Virus record (IMG/VR): IMGVR_UViG_3300039216_000106
Span: 721-64,720 of that record
Direction: 5' to 3' (one strand)
DNA from: a virus
DNA length: 64,000 nt
Shown: positions 43,997 to 52,227 of the stretch, in pieces
Position numbering within the stretch: position 1 is the stretch's first letter
How the letters are laid out: each line of letters begins with the position of its first letter
Notes under the pieces: generated by a model
Seen by the model: the letters and a program-made list of their open reading frames with translations, nothing else
Database searches by the model: none
Told to the model about the DNA's origin: nothing
Translations under genes and position numbers: made by a program

Positions 43997-45289
43997 ATGG
44001 CACAAAAACTCGAACTCACAGACGAGCGAAAAGCCATCATCACTGCTTCGCTCGAAGAGTGGATGGCAGCTGGACTGTCCACTGCGCCGGCTGATTTTGG
44101 TGCGGCAGAGGAAGCCATTGCCGTCCTCTATAGCCACATCGGCCGTAAGCGGCCCCATTTTGTTCGGCTCAGTTCTCCGCTCGGTGCAGAACTTTACATA
44201 AACTTGCTTTGTCAAACTTGGCCCAAGGTTGATTTGAAGTCGCTCAGGGACCAGCTCAGGGACCAGCTCGGGGGCCAGCTCTGGGACCAGCTCGGGGACC
44301 AGCTCGGGGACCAGCTCGGGGACCAGCTCGGGGGCCAGCTCGGGGACCAGCTCGGGGGCCAGCTCAGGGACCAGCTCGGGGACCAGCTCTGGGACCAGCT
44401 CGGGGGCCAGCTCGGGGACCAGCTCTGGGACCAGCTCGGGGGCCAGCTCGGGGGCCAGCTCAGGGACCAGCTCGGGGACCAGCTCTGGGACCAGCTCGGG
44501 GGCCAGCTCGGGGACCAGCTCTGGGACCAGCTCAGGGACCAGCTCGGGGGCCAGCTCAGGGACCAGCTCAGGGACCAGAAACTGAACTATATGGGAACGT
44601 GGTTCTGGGGCCAATGGGATTATTTATGGGCATGGCTGGATGGTGGTCGCCGGATTGGCGCTCATTACGATGACAAGCAGAACGCCATGCTTGATGCACA
44701 CTGCACACTAGTCAAATCGTGCGGCTGGTTTTATCCGTTCGATGATTTCTGCATCATCACGGATCGACCGGAAATTATCGCGCGTGATGATCGTGGGAGG
44801 CCGCACTCTGACAATGGCCCTGCACTACGTTATCGTGACGGCTACAGTCTGTACGCGTCACATGGCGTGCGGGTCCCGACCGATCTTGGCGTTGACCACT
44901 CCAAGATCACGGTAGCGCGGATCGACGCGGAACAGAATGCCGAGGTCCGTCGAGTTTTGATCGGCTGGTTCGGCATGGACCGGTATTTGCGGGAATCTGG
45001 CGCTACGGTTGTGCATGAGGACTTTGACGCGCTGGGCAATCCGCGGCGCCTGTTCCGGCGTGAACAGCCGGACGACGAAGCGATTGTCGCCGTTGAGGTG
45101 ACGGATTCGACACCGGTTCCGGATGGTGAGGCCAGAAAGTATGTGATGCGCGTTGATCCGACCAAGTATGACGGCCGCGCTGGCCGGGAGTGCCACGCTG
45201 CGATTGCATCGACGTGGCGGCGCAAGGATGATCTGTCCAAGATGATGTTTGCACGACCCGAGGATTATGCACCGGTAGGCGAGACGTGA
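43997..45289 (+). CDS. Tetrapeptide-repeat protein with DUF6745-like C-terminal domain (by recollection)
   Basis: 430 aa. About 80 aa of N-terminus are followed by 28 x (R/G/W)(D/G)QL. The C-terminal domain is WFWGQWDYLWAWLDG...CGWFYPFDDFCIITDRPE...NGPALRYRDGYSLYASHGVRVP. Confidence 0.7.
   Translation: MAQKLELTDERKAIITASLEEWMAAGLSTAPADFGAAEEAIAVLYSHIGRKRPHFVRLSSPLGAELYINLLCQTWPKVDLKSLRDQLRDQLGGQLWDQLGDQLGDQLGDQLGGQLGDQLGGQLRDQLGDQLWDQLGGQLGDQLWDQLGGQLGGQLRDQLGDQLWDQLGGQLGDQLWDQLRDQLGGQLRDQLRDQKLNYMGTWFWGQWDYLWAWLDGGRRIGAHYDDKQNAMLDAHCTLVKSCGWFYPFDDFCIITDRPEIIARDDRGRPHSDNGPALRYRDGYSLYASHGVRVPTDLGVDHSKITVARIDAEQNAEVRRVLIGWFGMDRYLRESGATVVHEDFDALGNPRRLFRREQPDDEAIVAVEVTDSTPVPDGEARKYVMRVDPTKYDGRAGRECHAAIASTWRRKDDLSKMMFARPEDYAPVGET
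44246..44578 (+). repeat. Tandem array of about 27.75 copies of a 12-bp unit [A/G/T]GGG[A/G]CCAGCTC, in frame
   Basis: Read directly from the sequence. Only two positions of the 12-mer vary (nt 1 and nt 5). Confidence 0.95.
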
Positions 45290-45525
45290 CCATGACACTC
45301 AGCGCAGAAGACTTTACCGCGATTGGTGTTCTGCTCGCCGGCCCAGACTGGAAACTACCGGTATCGAAAATGCTCGGCATCAACGAGCGGACGGTGCGGC
45401 GCTGGGCGAGCGGCGAGGCTGCGGTGCCGTCTGGCGTTGTTCCGCAACTTGAGGAACTTTGCCGGTCTCACGCGACCGATCTGTTGATGTCGGCGCACCG
45501 GCTCAAGGCAATAAAGGTGAAGTGA
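45286..45525 (+). CDS. Small HTH-like protein
   Basis: Contains VSKMLGINERTVRRWASGEAAVP. GTGA overlap with the repeat-protein stop. Confidence 0.5.
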   Translation: MTMTLSAEDFTAIGVLLAGPDWKLPVSKMLGINERTVRRWASGEAAVPSGVVPQLEELCRSHATDLLMSAHRLKAIKVK

Positions 45526-45579
45526 TGGCAAAAACACACATCGTCGTTGATACCGCGAACCGAAAACAAAGGATTGACC

Positions 45580-45993
45580 ATGGGCTGCGAAGAAAACACG
45601 GCGCACGGCGAGAGACCGGAGAATGACCCGGCTGACATACGCAGTGATGTTGCTGAAGGCTTGGCGTTTATTGACGGGCTCTCATCTGATGAGCTGCGCG
45701 CCTTCCTTGGCCTGTTCGCAGGCGCCAGATTTCCATGGACCAGTTTTAACGGCGAAGCGCCCTTTATCGGTAAGGCGGAATGTGAGTGGGTTCCTGACTG
45801 GCGTGACTTTTACGGCAAGAGGTTGAAAGGTGCCGGGTTGTTTCGCTTTAAGGAAGGATCACCACACCCAGCGCTCGGTATGTCACCAGGGTCGACGTTT
45901 GTCGATATCGACTGCGGGCCTACCGCTCTGGGGTATGATGTGCGAGAAGCTTGGTGGAACAGATTAAACAAAGAAGTAAAGGGTAAAATATGA
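45580..45993 (+). CDS. Hypothetical protein
   Basis: 137 aa with an AAGGA RBS. Confidence 0.45.
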   Translation: MGCEENTAHGERPENDPADIRSDVAEGLAFIDGLSSDELRAFLGLFAGARFPWTSFNGEAPFIGKAECEWVPDWRDFYGKRLKGAGLFRFKEGSPHPALGMSPGSTFVDIDCGPTALGYDVREAWWNRLNKEVKGKI

Positions 45994-46175
45994 GCGATGT
46001 TCCAACCATCACCACGTTCATGGGCAAAAACGTCGAGGACATGACGCGAGATGAGTTGATCGACGCCGTGAAGTGTTTGGGCAATATGGTTCAGTCGATG
46101 AGGCGCTGCCAAGAAATTCAGCGTGAGATTGATGAACATCGGCGCCAGCGCTCGGCCGAATATGTGGGTTTGTAA
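45990..46175 (+). CDS. Hypothetical protein
   Basis: 61 aa with ATGA overlap. Confidence 0.4.
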   Translation: MSDVPTITTFMGKNVEDMTRDELIDAVKCLGNMVQSMRRCQEIQREIDEHRRQRSAEYVGL

Positions 46176-46232
46176 CTCCCGCCCAACCGGTTTACATTCT
46201 GCATTCCGCGTTACAACCATCGGGCGCCCCGC

Positions 46233-47960
46233 ATGTTCAAAAAAATTGCCGCCACCGTTCCGGCCTATGACTGGGCGCCAGATGGCTCCCGCTTCCGCAA
46301 ATTGGATCTGTTTGACCGGTTGCTGGACGGCACTTTTTACGACGGGCTGAAGCACTCGTTTTACGATGAGACCGAGGGCATGGGCCAAGCCGCGGTCCCG
46401 ATCCCGATCGATCAGCGCCGCCCGTCAACACAATACCGCCTTCCCCGCATGGTGGCGCGCTGGTCCAGCCGCAAGCTGTTTTCGGGTCGCCACGTCCCCC
46501 GCATCAAGCACGATGACCCCAAGGCTAAGGCACGGGTGGAGGCCCTCATCGTCTCGACCGGGCTTTACCGCAAGATGATGGAAATTGCGTTTCGCGGCTC
46601 TGTGGGCTCGGTGGCGGCGACGTTCAGGGTCGAGACCAACCCCGCGGCGGACGGCAAAAACGAGGATGTGCGCTGCGGCGTGAACGTGTGGAAGGCCAAA
46701 TGGTGCTGGCCCAGCTTTGACACGATGGGCGAGTTGTCCGCGTTACGCATTGCCTACCTGACGTGGCCCGCCGCGTTCGCCGCGATGAACCTCCCCGACC
46801 TCAAGCCGATGGAACCGAACCGGCAATACTGGTTCATCCGCGATTACCTGACCAACTCGGAAGTGACGTTTCAGCCGGTTCTGAAAGAGGACTGGGACCC
46901 CTGTAACGGGTTCAAAGAGGGCGCGACCGAGCACGAATTGACGCCGTGGGACACCCACACGCACGATTTTGGCTTTGTGCCGGGGCATTGGTTCAAGAAT
47001 TTGGCCGGCGGCGAAGACCCGGACGGGGCCTGCACATGGGAAGATGCAATCCCGGATTCGATCGAACTTGACTATGTTTTCAGCCAGGTCGCGCGCGGCA
47101 CCCGTTACAACTGTGCTCCGCAGCCGGTCATCATCGGAAACCTGATGAACCCCGGTGACATGACGCGCGGGCCTGCCGTGGCGCTGTTCCTGGAGCCTGG
47201 GCGAAAGGACCCTGAAGGTAACGTAATCAACGCGGGCGACGCCAAGCTGCTCGAAATGACCGGCAAGGGGATCGAGGCCGGATTGATGGTGGTGGACAAG
47301 CTCCACGACCACGCGCTCGAGCAAATCAGCGCGGCCCGCAAGGACCCTCAGCGCATGAAGGGTGTGTTGTCCGGCCGCGGCATGGAATTCCTGGACCAGG
47401 ACAGCCACGACCTCGTTATGGAACTGCGCACCGCCTACGGCGACGAAGGCTTGCTGCCGCTGCTCCGCAAGATGTGCGTTGCGGTCTACGACGGCGAGAT
47501 TGACGCGGCCCGTATCGCGTTACAGTGGCCGCGTCTCAACCAGCCGGAAGCGGCCGACATATCGTCAATGGCGGACGGTATCAGCAAGTTGCTCAATCCG
47601 CTCCAAGCCGCCTATGCCCCGGCCCGGCCCGCGTCCAGCGAAAAAGGCCCGGACGGCACCACGACGCCGGTCCCGGCCAGCGAAGAGCAAAAGCCGCCGG
47701 AAGACTTCATGTTGGTCACGCCGGACCAAGCCAAGCTGTTCGTCTCGACCTATCTCGACCTGACAACGCTGGAACTGGACGGCGCCGCCGTGGCGGAAGT
47801 CGAGGAACAGTCCACCGCCGACCTGCCGGGCGAGCCGATTGAGACCGCGCCGGCCGCGCTTGGGCCGGAAGACCAAGAAGTAATCGAGGGCGAAGGCGAG
47901 GCGCAGACCGATCCTGTCGCGGACGCCATGCAGAATGTCATCAATCGGATGGGGATGTAG
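46233..47960 (+). CDS. Portal protein candidate
   Basis: 575 aa, the largest ORF between terminase and scaffold. Acidic C-terminal tail. A GCGTTAC box lies 19 nt upstream. Confidence 0.55.
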   Translation: MFKKIAATVPAYDWAPDGSRFRKLDLFDRLLDGTFYDGLKHSFYDETEGMGQAAVPIPIDQRRPSTQYRLPRMVARWSSRKLFSGRHVPRIKHDDPKAKARVEALIVSTGLYRKMMEIAFRGSVGSVAATFRVETNPAADGKNEDVRCGVNVWKAKWCWPSFDTMGELSALRIAYLTWPAAFAAMNLPDLKPMEPNRQYWFIRDYLTNSEVTFQPVLKEDWDPCNGFKEGATEHELTPWDTHTHDFGFVPGHWFKNLAGGEDPDGACTWEDAIPDSIELDYVFSQVARGTRYNCAPQPVIIGNLMNPGDMTRGPAVALFLEPGRKDPEGNVINAGDAKLLEMTGKGIEAGLMVVDKLHDHALEQISAARKDPQRMKGVLSGRGMEFLDQDSHDLVMELRTAYGDEGLLPLLRKMCVAVYDGEIDAARIALQWPRLNQPEAADISSMADGISKLLNPLQAAYAPARPASSEKGPDGTTTPVPASEEQKPPEDFMLVTPDQAKLFVSTYLDLTTLELDGAAVAEVEEQSTADLPGEPIETAPAALGPEDQEVIEGEGEAQTDPVADAMQNVINRMGM

Positions 47961-47961
47961 G

Positions 47962-48171
47962 ATGAACGGTTGGCAACCGATTGAGACCGCGCCAGATGGG
48001 TATACCGATGGCAAGTTTCACTACGTCCTGTTCCTTGGCGTCAGCGTTTCTGGCGCGTTCAGCCACCCCGTGGTCGTAAATGGCTGGATGGATAGCGACC
48101 GCAAACCAGTGCAATGGTATCACTATCGCCTGAAAATTACCCACTGGATGCCAATGCCGGAACTGCCATGA
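47962..48171 (+). CDS. DUF551-domain protein
   Basis: Contains WQPIETAPDG......VLFLG.......THWMPMPELP, the DUF551 pattern. Confidence 0.6.
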   Translation: MNGWQPIETAPDGYTDGKFHYVLFLGVSVSGAFSHPVVVNGWMDSDRKPVQWYHYRLKITHWMPMPELP

Positions 48172-48800
48172 TTGCGGCGTTGTTTGTCGAGACGAACGGC
48201 TGCTACTTCGGACTTGAAGGCGTGGACCCATGGGACGAAACGCGAGACGCGCGGCTCTATCCCGGCCCGCACCCCGTCGTCGCGCATCCGCCCTGCCAGC
48301 GATGGGGGAGGTTCTGGCATGGCAGCACGCGCAAACCGCATCAATTCAAACTTGGCGATGACGGCGGCTGCTTTGCCTCTGCGCTGGCTTCTGTGCGGCA
48401 CTGGGGTGGCGTGCTTGAGCATCCGGCAGACAGCCGGACCTGGTCGGCGTTCAACCTCAACGCCCCGCCGCGCGAAGGCGGGTGGATCGCCGCCGATATG
48501 TCAGGCGGCTGGACGTGCTACGTTGAGCAGGGATTTTACGGTCACCCTTCACGCAAGCCAACTTGGCTGTACGCCCATGGCGTCGATCTGCCGGCGCTTC
48601 ACTGGGGCCGCGGCAATCAGCGCTTGCCCGAATGGATGATTGAGCGTTACGGTTACGAAAAGGCGCGGCGCATCGGCGTTGTTGCTATGATCGGCGGTAA
48701 GGACAAGACGAAGATCCGCAACGCCACGCCGCCGCAGTTCCGCGATCTTTTATTGTCGATTGCGCGGACCGCGGCCGTCGCACAAACCAAGGCAGCCTGA
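48168..48800 (+). CDS. C5-methyltransferase-like protein without a recognisable SAM-binding motif I
   Basis: Contains HPPCQRW (motif IV-like), LEHPADS (motif VI-like) and NATPPQFRDLLLSI (motif X-like). The N-terminus MIAALFVETNGCYFG lacks FxGxG. Confidence 0.45.
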   Translation: MIAALFVETNGCYFGLEGVDPWDETRDARLYPGPHPVVAHPPCQRWGRFWHGSTRKPHQFKLGDDGGCFASALASVRHWGGVLEHPADSRTWSAFNLNAPPREGGWIAADMSGGWTCYVEQGFYGHPSRKPTWLYAHGVDLPALHWGRGNQRLPEWMIERYGYEKARRIGVVAMIGGKDKTKIRNATPPQFRDLLLSIARTAAVAQTKAA

Positions 48801-48804
48801 CCCC

Positions 48805-49224
48805 ATGCGTGACACCATCATCCGCCGCATCCGCCTCCCCCAGCCCAAGATGGGCGGCAAGATGTTCCTTATCCAGGAGCCTGGGCTTTACGTATTCGAG
48901 GAAGGCCCGGCGACGCTTATCACGCTGGCCGTAACGCACGCCGGGTCAGGGACCATCCTTGGTTACGACGGCGTGCCGGACGAAAACGGGCGGTTCCCGG
49001 ACGAGGAAATGCAGGAATGGATGCCGGACGGCAGCCGCAACCCGGACTACGACACCCGCAACGGCCGGGCGATCTACCGCGCCACACCTGCAGTAATGGG
49101 CTCTTGGATGGCGTCAGGCGGCTGTTTTCACGGTCTGGTCATCCATGCGGACGGCGGCGGCCATTCGGTCTGCCCGTTCGCCACTGTAGTCTGGAACGCA
49201 TACAAGGCGAGGGAGAAGACATGA
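48805..49224 (+). CDS. Hypothetical protein
   Basis: 139 aa, tightly packed between its neighbours. Confidence 0.45.
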   Translation: MRDTIIRRIRLPQPKMGGKMFLIQEPGLYVFEEGPATLITLAVTHAGSGTILGYDGVPDENGRFPDEEMQEWMPDGSRNPDYDTRNGRAIYRATPAVMGSWMASGGCFHGLVIHADGGGHSVCPFATVVWNAYKAREKT

Positions 49225-50114
49225 GCAAGTCGATTTGCATCTATCACGGCGGCTGCGATGACGGGTTTGCCGCGGCATGGGCGCTCCGCACATCAATGGT
49301 GCCTGACACATTCGAGTTTCACCCCGGCGTCTACGGTAACGCTCCTCCTGACGTTTCTGATCGGCACGTTGTTCTTGTCGATTTCAGCTACAAGCGCCCA
49401 ATTCTGACCGAAATGGCGAAGGCAGCAAAGTCAATTCTCATTCTCGACCACCACAAGACGGCGGCCGAAGACCTCGCCGGAATGCCGCACCCCGGCACCC
49501 GCGACGAATGGTGTTTCAGTAAGGCGCCGGACGGCGTCGCGGCGATCTTCGATATGACCCGAAGCGGCTCCGGTATCGCGTGGGATTTCTTTCACCCGTA
49601 TCAGGCGCGCCCTGCGTTCATCAATTATGTCGAGGACCGCGACCTTTGGCGCAAGGCGCTTCCGAACGGCGACGAATTTACCATCGCTCTGCGGTCACAT
49701 CCACAAGACTTTGAGACGTGGGACAGGCTTGTCGCCGCAGGCCCAGCGCCCCTGATCGAAGAAGGCCGCGCAATTCAGCGCTATTATCGGCTTCGCGTCG
49801 AGGAACTGAAGCAAAGCTCCTATCTCGCAAAGATTGCTTGGGGCCATGACACCAGAGACCTTACGCGGTCCACCATCGCCATCGCGAACGCGCCATATTT
49901 TGCGGCGAGTGAGGTTGCGGGCGAACTATGCGCCGTCGATGGTGCCGAGTTTGGGGCAAGCTATTTCGAGGTACGGCCTGGACAATGGCAATATTCGCTA
50001 CGATCCCGTGGTGATTTCGATGTTTCGGCGGTCGCCAAGTGCTTCGGTGGCGGCGGGCACAAGAACGCAAGCGGTTTCACCATGCCATGGCCCGTTCACG
50101 AGAAATTGCCGTGA
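49221..50114 (+). CDS. DHH/DHHA1-family phosphoesterase
   Basis: Motifs are IYHGGCDDG (motif I), VLVDFS (II), ILDHHKT (III, DHH) and GGGGHKNASGF (DHHA1 GGGH). Confidence 0.75.
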   Translation: MSKSICIYHGGCDDGFAAAWALRTSMVPDTFEFHPGVYGNAPPDVSDRHVVLVDFSYKRPILTEMAKAAKSILILDHHKTAAEDLAGMPHPGTRDEWCFSKAPDGVAAIFDMTRSGSGIAWDFFHPYQARPAFINYVEDRDLWRKALPNGDEFTIALRSHPQDFETWDRLVAAGPAPLIEEGRAIQRYYRLRVEELKQSSYLAKIAWGHDTRDLTRSTIAIANAPYFAASEVAGELCAVDGAEFGASYFEVRPGQWQYSLRSRGDFDVSAVAKCFGGGGHKNASGFTMPWPVHEKLP

Positions 50115-50341
50115 AGCAGCACCGCACCACCGGCCGCCCCGTGAACAACTCCGTCAGGCACAGCCGGTGCCAGAAGATCACACGTTACGCCATCGCGACC
50201 GCTTTTGCGATTGCACACACCGAACAGTTGCCGGAAACTCTACCCTGCGCATGGTGTGACGGCGATTTCCCGTTGGACGAATTTAGGTGGGTAAACGGCG
50301 AGAAGATCGGCGACACCAAACCCAAAGAGGAAGTGGCATGA
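50111..50341 (+). CDS. Hypothetical protein
   Basis: 76 aa counted from a GTG that overlaps the DHH stop (GTGA). Confidence 0.3.
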   Translation: MKQHRTTGRPVNNSVRHSRCQKITRYAIATAFAIAHTEQLPETLPCAWCDGDFPLDEFRWVNGEKIGDTKPKEEVA

Positions 50342-50631
50342 CCGGTCCCAAAGTCGTCACGCTCAGCGGCGAGCCCATTGAACACGCAATTGAGGGCAAC
50401 ACACCGCTGGCCACGCTGAAGCGGCTCGTCGAGAAGGTCGAAAGCGGCGATATTGTGCTCAAAACCGTGCTGATTTTGGGGGAAAGTCCAAGTCCAAAAG
50501 ACCCAAGTTGCGTTTTCACGAAGGCATGGGACAGCGATATCACGGTGGAGCGGATGATTACGATCATGGAAATGACGAAATTCGACCTAATCGCCAAGTC
50601 GATGGGCATTATCCGGGAGGACGACGCATGA
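50338..50631 (+). CDS. Hypothetical protein
   Basis: 97 aa with ATGA overlap. Confidence 0.45.
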   Translation: MTGPKVVTLSGEPIEHAIEGNTPLATLKRLVEKVESGDIVLKTVLILGESPSPKDPSCVFTKAWDSDITVERMITIMEMTKFDLIAKSMGIIREDDA

Positions 50632-51233
50632 TCAAGACGCGCTACGAGATGACTGAATTGACCACGTACAAAATTGGTGGAGCATCAGCCGACGAAGCGC
50701 TTGTGGTTGTGGATGGCCAGCAAATATTGACCCAGTGCCTTGAGGCCGATACTGCGGCCGGCACCGCCTTGGTCTACGAGACCGACGAACACGGCCATTT
50801 CGTCCGCGACGGCGTGAACCGCAAGACCAAGATGATCCACAGCGCCAGCCTCCGCATCATGCGCCGGATCGATCCGAAGCCCAACACAGATCCCAGCGTT
50901 GAGGCGATCATCGCGGCGCAGAAAGCGCATTACCGGCGCCGGGCCGACGAAGCGGTTGGCGCTGAGGGCAAATTGTGGGCCAAATTGATGCTTGGCCTCT
51001 GCGACCCGCTGGTGCGATGGGTCAATAGCCATGCCGTCCGCGCCGCCAAGGGCGACGTGCTCCGCGCCGTGACATGTGCTGCAGCCTGCCTGGCGGCCCA
51101 GGCGATCAAAAATACCGGCGACACCGACGACATTGCCCAGCGAAAATACGTCGAGACGCTGTTTACCGACGAATTGTCGCGGCTTTTGAAGCAGCAAGTC
51201 GCGGGCCAGACCATCACCCGCACGGATGCGTGA
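50628..51233 (+). CDS. Hypothetical protein
   Basis: 201 aa with ATGA overlap. Confidence 0.5.
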   Translation: MIKTRYEMTELTTYKIGGASADEALVVVDGQQILTQCLEADTAAGTALVYETDEHGHFVRDGVNRKTKMIHSASLRIMRRIDPKPNTDPSVEAIIAAQKAHYRRRADEAVGAEGKLWAKLMLGLCDPLVRWVNSHAVRAAKGDVLRAVTCAAACLAAQAIKNTGDTDDIAQRKYVETLFTDELSRLLKQQVAGQTITRTDA

Positions 51234-51244
51234 AGGAGAAAGAC

Positions 51245-51577
51245 ATGGATTTTACCCAAAGGGTTTCGCTACTACGACGTGAAATGATCGAAAACGTGCA
51301 TCCTCTGGAAAAAGAGGTTTTGATCGGGGCTTCTGACGCGGCCAAAGCCGGGGGAGCGGAAACACTATCAGAAACTGAGTTTGTGGAAGGATATAAGATT
51401 GGCGACGATCTTGCCGACGTGGCCAACAGCATGATTCGAGATGCTCGGAACTTTGGCGTTCGTATTGGCCAGACGATCTCTCCAGACGCGGCGAAAAGAT
51501 TGGTGGTTGATGCCGTTTTTATGAGCTTTTCTGAAAAAAGCGACATCATCCTCTTGAAATTGACGGCTAATGCTTGA
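51245..51577 (+). CDS. Hypothetical protein
   Basis: 110 aa with a strong GAAGGAGAAAG RBS. Confidence 0.5.
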   Translation: MDFTQRVSLLRREMIENVHPLEKEVLIGASDAAKAGGAETLSETEFVEGYKIGDDLADVANSMIRDARNFGVRIGQTISPDAAKRLVVDAVFMSFSEKSDIILLKLTANA

Positions 51578-51923
51578 ACCCCCCGAAATCGACATGCGCA
51601 CGGTGCGGGACATCTACACGCCGCCCGCGCCCGGCACGTTGATGCGCATGGTCAGTCTGCACAAGAGCGGGCTGTACCGGCTGGCGAGGCGTTCGAGTGA
51701 ACTCTACTCGGTTTTGATCGTCGGGCAGGGGGCTTGGGCGAAGGCGCGGATCATGACCGGCACCGGTCGGCCGGTCTGGGAAATGCCTTCGGCCTTCAGT
51801 GGTTCATTTCTCCTGCTCGGGTATTGCGAAGAAGGTATCATCGCCCACCTTCACGCATTCGAGCAAGGCGACAGTCTCAATTTCTCGGTCCAGTTCAGAG
51901 AACCGGACGCCAAGCTGGTTTGA
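51570..51923 (+). CDS. Hypothetical protein
   Basis: 117 aa, overlapping the upstream gene by 8 nt. Confidence 0.45.
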   Translation: MLEPPEIDMRTVRDIYTPPAPGTLMRMVSLHKSGLYRLARRSSELYSVLIVGQGAWAKARIMTGTGRPVWEMPSAFSGSFLLLGYCEEGIIAHLHAFEQGDSLNFSVQFREPDAKLV

Positions 51924-51997
51924 TAACGCGTTACATCATTCCCCGTTTGTAAGTTCCGCCGGTTGCGATAAACTGCGCACCGAAAGGTTCGTAACGC
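51924..51997. promoter_or_regulatory. Perfect palindrome TAACGCGTTA (51924-51933) plus a GTAACGC box abutting the ATG at 51998
   Basis: aaAGGTTCGTAACGCATG here and gaGGTTCGTAACGCAATG at 9997-10014 share a 14-nt string. Confidence 0.45.
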
Positions 51998-52222
51998 ATG
52001 GCGCGAATTCCCATTCCGTCACCAACGTCTGGCATTCTGTCGTCTCAGGCGGCGGAAGACGGGGCTTTGATGGAAGAGGGCGAATCCATCGGTCAGGTTG
52101 AGGTCATGAAAATGTTTACGGATGTCATGTCCCCCGCGACCGGCCGCATCAAATGGCTCATTGGCCTTGGTGAATGCGTGGAATACGACGACATCCTTGC
52201 CGAAATAGAAACTGAGGGCTGA
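51998..52222 (+). CDS. Biotinyl/lipoyl-carrier domain protein (VMKM biotinylation-type motif)
   Basis: 74 aa. SPTSGIL......GALMEEGESIGQVEVMKMFTDVMSPATGRIKWLIGLGECVEYDDILAEIE aligns with the BCCP C-terminal domain (E-A/V-M-K-M). Confidence 0.65.
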   Translation: MARIPIPSPTSGILSSQAAEDGALMEEGESIGQVEVMKMFTDVMSPATGRIKWLIGLGECVEYDDILAEIETEG

Positions 52223-52227
52223 AGCCT

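Noticed and set aside
44246-44578. Possible CRISPR-like array, because of highly regular short repeats
   Set aside because: The units are 12 bp and contiguous with no spacers. They lie in frame inside a 430-aa ORF, and no cas genes are present.
43976-44614. 212-aa minus-strand ORF made of ELVPELVPELAPELVP repeats
   Set aside because: It is the antisense reading of the 12-bp tandem array. The plus-strand frame continues into well-formed N- and C-terminal domains and is coupled to its neighbours. The minus ORF has no independent support.
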